A DNA stretch of 60,042 bases, the filler included, from Circinaria calcarea (taxonomy: Eukaryota), in assembly GCA_051942165.1 (NCBI GenBank). It is 10 parts of 10 records of this genome, joined end to end, with 100 filler letters (N's around TTAATTAATTAA, not from the genome) between each part and the next. Parts side by side here need not be neighbours in the genome. Positions count along the whole stretch, not along the records: positions 42,141 to 48,045 come from JAVECS010001747.1; positions 48,146 to 54,045 come from JAVECS010001748.1; positions 54,146 to 60,042 come from JAVECS010001749.1; 7 more parts are not named here. One strand, given 5' to 3'. The position numbers and the translations under genes are program-made. The notes under the pieces are model-generated. The model was given only the letters and a program-made list of their open reading frames with translations. It was not told where the DNA came from and made no database searches. This document shows positions 46,929-57,100 of the stretch, in pieces (within the stretch, counting starts at the first letter, position 1; each line of letters opens with the position of its first letter).

Positions 46929-48045
46929 ATGAGCTTAAACCCAAAGGTTTCTGCGCCAGTCACAGGTGCTAATGGCAACCAAGTACCGGTCCCGCTATCG
47001 CGACTGATACTTCTACGGCGAACGATTTCTCAGCCAGTCTTCGCTGCTTTTCTAGCTGGAGGGGTGGCCGGTGCTGTTTCACGGACAGTGGTATCCCCCT
47101 TGGAGCGACTGAAGATTCTTTTCCAAATTCAGAGCGTCGGGCGGGAAGAATACAAATTGTCTGTAGGACAGGGTCTCAAGAAGATGTGGAGAGACGAGGG
47201 TTGGAGAGGATATATGAGGGGCAATGGAACGAATTGCATACGGATAGTTCCCTATTCGGCTGTCCAGTTTGGGAGTTATAACTTCTACAAGAGAGTATAT
47301 TGCCACCTCATACTCTCATTTTCCTAAGCTACTCCGGTCGACATGTTACTGACACAACCACGAATCTAGTTTGTAGAGTCTACGCCGGGCGCAGATCTGA
47401 CGCCTCTGAGACGACTCGTGTGCGGAGGTGCAGCTGGCATAACTTCTGTCACATTTACATACCCTCTTGACATTGTTCGGACACGGCTCTCAATCCAATC
47501 GGCATCATTTGCTGCGTTGGGTGAAGCATCCAGAAAGCAGCTTCCTGGAATGTGGGCTACAATGCTGACCATGTACAAGCACGAAGGCGGAATTACAGCA
47601 TTGTACAGAGGCATAATACCTACTGTGACCGGAGTCGCCCCATATGTGAGTTCTTTATTGGGATCGGTTGTAGGGTACCGAACTAATCCTAAGTGTGAAG
47701 GTGGGTCTAAACTTTATGACCTATGAGTCTGTTAGGAAGTACTTCACGCCAGAAGGAGAGAAGAACCCTTCTGCCTTGAGGAAATTAGCTGCCGGTGCTG
47801 TTTCAGGTGCTGTTGCGCAGACTTGCACATATCCATTGTACGAAATTGCCGAGTCTCACGCCAATCAGAAATGCTAATTAGTTGTATAGTGATGTCCTCC
47901 GGCGAAGATTTCAGATCAACACCATGTCCGGATTGGGATACCGGTACAAGTCAATATGGGACGCCATTACCATTATTATCTCGCAAGAAGGCTTTCGCGG
48001 GCTGTACAAGGGAATTGTGCCTAATCTTCTCAAGGTCGCGCCCAG
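46929..48045 (+). CDS. Mitochondrial carrier (SLC25; YPR011C-like), >=4 exons, 3' truncated
   Basis: Three carrier repeats: PLERLKILFQ, PLDIVRTRL and spliced P(F)DVLRRRFQ. Also EGWRGYMRGNGTNCIRIVPYSAVQF. Start is uncertain. Confidence 0.9.
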
Positions 48046-48145
48046 NNNNNNNNNNNNNNNNNNNNNNNNNNNNNNNNNNNNNNNNNNNNTTAATTAATTA
48101 ANNNNNNNNNNNNNNNNNNNNNNNNNNNNNNNNNNNNNNNNNNNN
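48046..48145. other. Artificial contig spacer
   Basis: N44-TTAATTAATTAA-N44. Confidence 0.98.
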
Positions 48146-49660
48146 GATGGGAGATCCCGGATTCGCCGAGCTGCAACATCATATTGTGCAAAAGAATCCA
48201 TCAATCGCTTTCGGATCTTTGAAGCATCCGCAAGCTGTGCCGATGTTGGCGCTTTATCTGGGTCTCTGTGATAACCCTAAGCTAATCTTCAAACAACATG
48301 GTAAGAGTGGTACCACCTACTGTAGTGTGCCTAGAAGTCGCTGAAATTTCGGCAATAGCAGCCGAATGCCTCTTTCAAATTGGACAAGATTCTCATAAGC
48401 TCGTAAATCTGGAGGCTTATGGGTAATCTCGGCTGCAAATTCAGCCTTGCTGAATATAGTATGTTTGCAATCTTTGCACATCCTGACATCGACGCCGATT
48501 TCTTCGGCCGTCTTCTCGGTAGCGTTATTAGAGGCTGGAAAGGTTAGCCACCTTATAGTATAGAGGGCAATATCTTACGTACCCCTTGCAACAGTCAAAG
48601 CGACTTCGCTCGAACAACTCGTTTGAGGATCACCGCATACAACCCGTCCACAAAGTCGGCAATGATGCCTGCGGAAAGTGTAATTCGAGAATTCTTGATA
48701 ACAAAAAGGACATCGTAAAACGCTAGCATCGTCCTCCCAAGTGACGACAGACTGTTCTAGTTGCTTCCTTGGATTCCGGATTGGAGAAAGAGGCCAAAGT
48801 AATCCGCTACCCGCTCCACTCTGCTCAGGGGGTGGATTCGCCAGTAACTGTGTTAATTTGGTAAGGCGCTTCTCTAATCTGGATACTTCTAGGAACGTCT
48901 TGTTGACAGTCTCAATTCGGAGATCGCTAAAGTATTTGGTATGATTGCGCTCAAAGCCTGGCAACGGTTAGCTTTATTTCCAGGGTGTGAGAGGTCTTCA
49001 ATCCACAGATGCACCATTATGATCGTTATAGCCTTCCCTTGACTTGTAGCACGTTTCACATACTCTACACCAAATGCCCCTGACTGGCTCATGTTGCGCC
49101 GACCTGGAGAGCTTCATTTGGTACATGGTATGCTCCTCGCAGAACAGCTTTCCACATTTCCTGCAATTGACGTTCCCGTTTGTAGACGTAATTCTTTTGC
49201 CGCAACTGGGCTCAGAACATATATCGTTTTGTCCATGTCTTTGCCAATGCGCTCGGATAACTTCCTCATCTGTGTCTGGTTTCCGGGGCTCAGGTACCCG
49301 GGAGAGGTTTGCGGAGGGAGTGGGAGGGAGCCCGGGAGACGGAGGGGCGTCGTTCGACTCGAAAACATCCAAGCCTTTTAGTTTCTGGTTGAGTACGGCT
49401 AGAGGTTGAAACTTTTTGGCTTTGATCATTTGCATCTTGAACCAGTCCTTGACCTCATCCTGCTTGACATCTTCAAGGTTTTTATGATTATCATCGAGGT
49501 GTCTGTCCCTGAATGAGTATAATTGATTCGCGGCATAGTGTCTAGGCATACCGGTTCAACTGCAATAATGTAACCTTTTCATTGCGATTAGCTGGCGTAA
49601 AGGAGAGTGGATTCGAACCTACCATCTCCTCGTTGCATATTGGGCAGACAAGCTTCGAGC

Positions 49661-49691
<31 letters not shown>

Positions 49692-49904
49692 CCCGGCTCC
49701 ATCAATCTGGTCGAGAGAAACCCGCGAACTGATGTCCTGGGTATCTGTGGATAGTGGGGATGCAGAAGAGGCTGAGTTAAGGGACACCAAGCTCGGGGTA
49801 GGGGACAAAAGATTGGAATTCTTCTGGGGAAGAGGAGCTACAGCGGGTGAAAGCGATCTCCCACTTCCAAGCACTCTGCCCCCTCCAAGCTTCCTCGCCG
49901 ACAT
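48146..49904 (-). CDS. PEP7: Vacuolar segregation protein Pep7/Vac1 (rabenosyn-like; C2H2 plus two FYVE domains), 3' truncated
   Basis: CPICNEEM|VTLLQLNR|HLDDNH (C2H2), NCRKCGKLFCEEHT..CRVCETCY, LEKRLTKL, WEDD..CPFC..FRRHHCRLCGRVVC. Poly-Ala from (GCT)9 at 49663-49689. Confidence 0.93.
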
Positions 49905-49968
49905 TCTCGTAGACCACTAAGGGTCTGAAACGATGTCGGCGACCATCATGTTTGATATGCTTACAGTG

Positions 49969-52900
49969 CCGCGGGGGACTTGGGTATGATTTGTGCGCTA
50001 AGATAAGATATGCAAACTATGCTCGTTCACAATACCTTAATCTTGGCAGTACGGAGGAGTCTGGACTCTCTCAAGGATAGGGAGTGGCACGTTGTAGACT
50101 CCGTACAGAGTACGGTAGGAGAATATAATTGCGCGTATCATCACGATCCAATTAAGTAGAATGACTTAATGAAATAGATAAGAGCGGATGAAATCGTTTC
50201 ACCAAATCAGCAGTCAGCATTCTACCCATCATGTCCTCCAATACTAATGCGTTCGTATCACACAATCAGCATTTTCATACTCCGCGCCTCGCCCCTATCT
50301 TCGGCGCAGCAAAGTATGCAAAGACCCTCGGTGAAGCCTATGGTGCATCCAGATTTTCAGCCAGATAGCAGTAGAGTAAGCATTGGCGTGTGTACTTCAA
50401 GGGGTATATACTTTAAAGCGAAGTGCGACACTTGATTATCCTGAAATACTTTCATGGTCAAACCCCTTTTTACACAGCTAATTCTCTGTTTCACATTGGC
50501 AATCCACAGCAAGGCACTCAGTTTTAAATCTCTAGGCACAGTAGGCAAAGCAGGCACAGCAGGTACAGCAATACTGATTTAATGCCAAGGTAGTAGGCGA
50601 AGCATGAAGCAGCCACGTAAAAGCAGAGGATTGACAAGGCGCTCGAGAATCCTATACAAAACCTTATTTACTATAATACTGGCCTGCAGTTACAATCGAG
50701 CAAACCTGCGGCAAAGTATTTCTATTCTGCCTACCCTCGTATTTATTCTATCGACAGTGATATACCGCGTTTCGATAATAAATTGACTTCTTTCCCAGTC
50801 CTTTTAGTTTTATTCTCATTCTGTAATACTTTGCTCATCCAAAACTACCGGTCAATATGTTTATTCTGCATTTATATTTCCCTACCATGCTTTGTTTAAG
50901 CCTTCAGATACCAAATGTCCACCAAGGTCTGTATGAATTCAACGCGAACCCTTATTTAGACGTTTTTTATATATTAACAAAATCTTTGCAGCGCTTGCTT
51001 CTAGTCCCACAAACTCCGTTTCGAACAGCAGCTTCTTTACCGCCAGCTCAAATTCCACTGTACTCATTTCTAATGAGACTTCAATAACGTCTACCTATCG
51101 TTTATCTTCTCATATCACTGAGATCACAGAGACTTTCACGTTGGTCACTGCTGGAATTCTCGTTCTGCCCGAGGGACCTGATCCGCGAGCTGCTCTTCAA
51201 TCATCTATTGTGTATCCGCTTCAATCATCTGTGTTGACTCTGACTGGGCCTACAACTGTTACTGCTGCTTGGGTTGACGATAAGCACCGCCGTCCGACGA
51301 CACATCCTCCCTACTATCTTTACGAAAGTACCTTCACACTCGACGAAGGGACTATACAATTCGATGTCGGTGAAGGGAAAACGTACTCGTTAGTTACTCT
51401 CGTTGGGCCAACTACAGCTACTATAACAGCAAGCGAAGCTGGGGACGTCTACTATGATGCGTTCAGTGCCTATGATAATACTGCGGATACAGCTTGTCAT
51501 GGGAACAGTTTCATGGGGGGTTCGTTATACTCGTCTTTTCTTGCAGATCATACATTCGCTGTAAGATCGCCAATAGCCACACTCACTTCAGGCCAGATCA
51601 TCACTACGAAACTTACCGAAGACAATCAAATGGGGGTTAGATCTTTTATTAACAGAACCTTTTCGGGACCGGCAACGATTTATAGCACGGTGCATAGTCG
51701 ATTGCTAGCCCCGCAATTTCATGGTGGTCCGCTATATAATCCACCGAAACCACCTGGGCTAAGGTGCGGCGGATGGTGCGGTACTTGTATGGTATTTTTT
51801 CCGGTTGTTTATGTGCATTATTGGCCAGTTGAAAAGCCGAATACCGCATGCTTAAACAAAAGCCAAATAATTACTGCCGCGACAGCTGCAGGCAACTTAT
51901 CTGATCCTGGATTAACCGTCCGACCGCGTGGTCTGAGTAAGCTGACTACAGACGCGACTACGCTAGTATCAGATAATTTCACATTGTAAGCATATAAAGT
52001 CAGCTTCTGCAAGATATGCTAATTTATAAGCCAGTACATCCCCATCAGTGTATATAGTGTTTCCGAGTATTAATGCCGCAGACGAATGTGGATATCTTGG
52101 CTCAGTACACACGTCAGTCACACTTGCATTTGACCCCAGTGAGTTGTCCACGGCGATTATCTTGAACGAGGCAAGAACCGAATTTTTTCCGTTCGATTTC
52201 ACCGATGCTCAGTGCCCTCCTTCGTCTCTCAGCTTAATCGACGCATGGACCCCATTGGGCTTAGACGGTATATATAACCCTGTTGTTTCGGCACCACCCG
52301 GTCTCACATTACTTGACCCAAATTGGAATCAAGACTGCGTGCTCGCGCCATTTCAAGGGAATGACCCCCCTTATGCCCTGGTGCCTGCAACAAATATAGT
52401 AGCCGGCCCAACTGAGGTCAGCCCTGCGATTACTGCAACCCCCGCAAGTCCGAATTCAGGTATCCCATTAGTACCTATACAGACCACAAGCTTAGACCCG
52501 GCATTATCGACCCAGGCAGAAACAAACCAGCCACATGACTCTGACCCGTTGATTGGGTCTGGTGGCCCCGTGTCTGAAACTCATACCTCCAAGAACCCCA
52601 ACCCTACGGTCGATCCAAATTATTCAGAGAGTTCAACGCTTCAGCATGCATATATATCAAATGATCCTGGAGAATATGTGTCACAGAGCGCCGGCGATCC
52701 TTTGACAGTGGAGTTTACCGTTGCCGGCGATATATATACTGCAGATTCCGCCTCAATATTCGTTATCAACGGCCAGACGCTAACTCCCGGCGGAATAATC
52801 ACCGTATCTGGTACTCCCATTTCCCTAGCTATCTCGCCTTCGCAGACCGATATCGTGATCGGAACTAGCACGCAACCGCTAGGTGATATCATTATGGGGG

Positions 52901-53478
52901 GGTTTAATAGTTTTGGCAATGATGGAGGTAGTAGCACTATCACGCCGTTTGAAGGAAAAGCGATGAGAATCGGAGTGAGCGGGGGGTTGGGTGGAGGTGG
53001 GATGGTGTTGATAGGAGTTGGAGTGATTGGACTGTATTGGTTTGTTTTCTATATCTATTGATAGTGTTGCCATAAGAGAACTGGGTTTTGGGCTTTTAAG
53101 AATAAAAGAAACTCTTATTATTAAGTACTCCGCTATTTTTAGGCTTCCTCGCCGACATTTTTATAAATCATCAAAGGTATGAAACGATAATATTATTTAT
53201 TAAATTCGATACCTAGTTGAATACGGTGTATTCCTCCTTATTAGCAAGTTGCTATAAGCAATACTTAATAAGGAATAACGTAGTAGTGGACGAGTATATA
53301 TCTCGCCTACACTACGTAGCTAGTCAGATAACCTTTTTTGCAATAGTGGTTCTACTAATAGGTCGTGTAGCAGCACTCACCGTACTACTTTCAACTTACC
53401 TTACGCTTATAATATTATCCGCGGGGTTTGGGTACCTGATCTAATGCGCTAAGATAAGATACAGTACTTGTTCACAAT
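49969..53478 (+). repeat. Degenerate direct-repeat pair (49969-50033 and 53419-53478)
   Basis: The blocks CCGCGGGG / TTGGGTA / TGAT / TGCGCTAAGATAAGATA (17 bp exact at 49994 and 53445) / GTTCACAAT occur in the same order at both sites. Confidence 0.8.
50857..53061 (+). CDS. Secreted Ser/Thr-rich, C-terminally anchored hypothetical protein, 3 exons
   Basis: Predicted exon 1 from ATG 50857 (hydrophobic), acceptor TTGCAG at ~50991. Core CGGWCGTCMVFFPVVYVHYWP and TSPSVYIVFPSINAADECG, S/T/P-rich region, hydrophobic C-terminus. Confidence 0.75.
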
Positions 53479-53517
53479 CTTGGACTTTCGTTATCTCATC
53501 ATCTTAAGCATTACACT

Positions 53518-54045
53518 ATGACGAAGGATTTCCCAGAGATTGAGGGCGGTGGCTCGTTGATTCTTGCATGGCAGATACGAAATAAGAGGGTACTTGTTGT
53601 TGGCGGTGGGGAGGTCAGTCACTTACGCGCATCTGCGCCACCATGCAACTTCATTGGCAAACTGACTGAAACTCAGGTGGCAGCAGGACGAATACTAAAT
53701 GTTCTCAACGCCGATGCTAAAGTCACGGTTGTGTCGCCTCGAGATGGATTGAACGATGAAGTAGCATACCGGGTTGAGATGGGACAAGTCGACTTCGTCG
53801 ACCGCAAATTCCAACCCTCCGATCTCGATGGTGCGGATATGGTCCTGACAGCCGTGGATGACCCAGAAGCATCGACCCAGATATGGAAATTATGCAAAGA
53901 CAGGAAGATTGCTGCCAACATTGCTGATGTTCCGCCTGAGTGCGACTTCTACTTTGGCAGTGTCCATCGGGACGGTCCCCTCCAGATCATGGTCAGTACA
54001 AATGGCAATGGTCCCAAGCTTGCCAGTATCGTAAGGAAACAGATT
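53518..54045 (+). CDS. MET8: Siroheme biosynthesis precorrin-2 dehydrogenase/ferrochelatase, 3' truncated
   Basis: SLILAWQIRNKRVLVVGGGE|VAAGRI, MVLTAVDDP, ANIADVPPECDFYFGS, LQIMVSTNGNGPKLA. Confidence 0.9.
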
Positions 54046-54145
54046 NNNNNNNNNNNNNNNNNNNNNNNNNNNNNNNNNNNNNNNNNNNNTTAATTAATTA
54101 ANNNNNNNNNNNNNNNNNNNNNNNNNNNNNNNNNNNNNNNNNNNN
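54046..54145. other. Artificial contig spacer
   Basis: N44-TTAATTAATTAA-N44. Confidence 0.98.
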
Positions 54146-57100
54146 GGTGTAAAGAGCCGAGTGGTTTTATTTGGTGGACAGGGATCTTCTAGCCTCTTTT
54201 CCTCGTCAGCGCTGTCGGCTGCTAAAGAAGATGTGCTAGCCTCATCAACAGGATTGATATTAGCTTCTCGATGTCATACTGCACTGATGGAGGAATACCA
54301 GAGTCTCGATCAACGCACAAAAGATAGACTTCACATTGATATATCGAAGTTCGGTGGACCGCAAGACCTTCTGGCTCCAGACCCTTCGCTCCGAGCTCAT
54401 GGTCTCATTCAGTTGGTTTTCATCACTCTATTGCAACTACTTCGATATGCTAGGGAAGCCGATGGGTATAGACGAGGTTTCAACTCTTGGGCAGAGGAGG
54501 TAATGGAGACAACTGGCTTTTGCTCCGGATTAATAAGCGCATCCGTTGTTGCAAGCTCACTTACTCCGATAGAATTTACAGATTTTGGCGTTGAAGCCTT
54601 CCGGCTTGCATTCTGGATTGGCTGCAGAACTTTCTTGAAAAGCCAAGAATCGAATCCAGTTCACCAGCAAAGGGTATCCTGGTCTCTGGTTATTATTGGT
54701 CTCAGTCTTCCAAGGGTACAGGAAGAACTTCAAAATTACCAGATAAAGACCAAAAGTCAATTTCTTCGAATCTCCGCTATCTCAAGCGCCACGGTGATCT
54801 CGCTGGCAGGACCAGGGTCACAGCTTGAAGAGTTCAGGCAAGGACTGGAATCTGCACCGATAACGAAGTTTGCAGATGTTAATGCATGGTACCATGGCGG
54901 TGAACACCTCGAAAGCACGTTGAATGAAATCATGGAAGATGTTGAAAGACGAAATATAAGATTCCCCGAGTTCAAAGACTTGAGAGTACCTGTTCGGTCC
55001 TCAAGTAACGGGATGATTATCAGTACCGAGAGCTTAGGTTCATCTACCTATGCGTCGTTGGTGATCCGTCATTTGTTGATCCACCCGGTAGACTGGGTCA
55101 AAACCTCTCAGGGCATTTCCTTGGCTGTTCAAAAGACCCTGGAAGAAACAAGAGGCTACCCACTAGAGATTGCCTCTTTTGGGCCGAGTTCCAACTCAAT
55201 TCTGGCTGAGCTGATAACTCTGAACAAAGGCGCAGCCGTGATGTTCACGGACCGATCAGCGTTCAAACCAGGTGAAGCTACCACTTTTCAAGGAGAAGAC
55301 ATTGCTATAACTGGTATGGGGGTAAACTTCCCCGAGGGTAAAGGCCCAGATCAGTTATGGGAAACCTTGTCAACGGGATTGAACGCGGTGTCGGAGGTTC
55401 GTATAGTCCAGACCTCTATTGCTTATCCTTGAACTAACATTGTCCACCTTAAATATAGATTCCCGAAACTCGATTTGATATTTCAAGGTATCATGATCCA
55501 ACCGGTATTGGCAAGCCTCGCACAATGGCTGTGAACACAGGTGCTTTCCTCGATGATCCTTGGGGGTTTGACTCTGCATTCTTCAACGTCTCTCCACGAG
55601 AAGCACGATCGATGGACCCCCAACAGCGAGTTATTCTCAGTACAACCCAGGCCGCTCTCGAAGACGCTGGATATATGCCGGATGCTACGCCTTCGTTCCA
55701 AAGAAGTTCGATTGGTTGTTATGTGGGTATTGCCACGGGCGACTATGTTGATAATCTGAGGGATAACATCGATGTCTACTACAGCCCAGGTGAGTCAACC
55801 GGAGCTCTCGTCGTACCTCACAACGCTTCCGGCTGACTGCCACCAAGGCACATTACGAGCATTCCATAGCGGCAAGGTCTCTTACATGTATAAGCTTAGT
55901 GGGCCTTCTATGACGATTGACACCGCTTGTTCGTCATCTACGGTTGCCATCTACCAAGCCTGTCGAGCAATTCAAGCCGGCGATTGCACGGCAGCCATAG
56001 CTGGTGGTGCTAACATTATAAGCGGTCCTGATGTAAGTCGCCGTTACATGAGGGACTATTTTTTTCTAACACTTTGTAGATGTATCTGGGCCTCGACCGG
56101 GGACATTTCCTTAGCCACACTGACGGCTGTAAGCCGTTTGACAAGGACGCAGACGGCTACGGTCGTGCTGAAGGATGTGGAATATTTGTCCTTAAGCGAC
56201 TCTCAGATGCGATTGCAGAGAACGACAGGATACATGGCGTAATAAGAGGAATCGAATTAAACCAAAGCGGCAATTCCTCCTCAATCACGCATCCCCACAG
56301 TGAAACACAGACACAATTGATTCGTCACCTTTTCAGAAAGAGCAACATTGACCCAGCATCTATAGGCGTGGTTGAGGCTCATGGAACAGGGACACAGGTG
56401 AGCCGCAAGTGCTAGTTATGTGAGTTGAGATGCTGCTAACATAAAACCTTACAGGCAGGAGATACTCGTGAAATTAGCACTTTACGTGCTGTCTTTGGAA
56501 AAGCACGTTCTGCAGCTAATCCGCTCATCATTAGCTCAGTCAAAGGAAGCATTGGCCATTGCGAGGCAGCTTCTGGTTCCGCTGGGCTGGCAAAGCTATT
56601 ACTTATGCTGAAAAAGAACGAGATCCCTATGCAAGCGAATTTGAAAACGCTGAACCCACAACTGGGTGACCTCGAAAACGGTAGCATCATCGTTCCAAGG
56701 AGGTCGATACCATGGAAGTCTAGATCATCACTCCCAAGGAGAGCTTTGCTGAACAATTTTGGGGCAGCGGGCTCAAACGCAGCGTTGGTCCTTGAAGAGA
56801 GAATTGGACCTAGTATCACAGATACTGGGATTGATGATCGCGCTACATATCTGTTCAATCTTTCAGCAAAAACTAAAGAGGCTTTGAACGCTTCCATTCT
56901 CCAGCATCTACAATTCTTGGAAAATACCCCTTCCGAAACTCCACTGAAAGATATTTGCTATACAGCAACTGCGCGCCGGCAAGTTTATGATCATCGTGTA
57001 TCAGTCGCGTGCACGTCAGTGAAGGACTTGCAGGCAAAGCTGGCGAAGGCTGATCTCACCGACTCTAAAGTCTTCGGCCAAAGCCACCTCGTTGGATTTG

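Noticed and set aside
5972..54101. Regularly spaced TTAATTAATTAA repeats every ~6 kb as a biological array
   Set aside because: Always centred in exactly 44+44 Ns; this is a synthetic six-frame stop linker.
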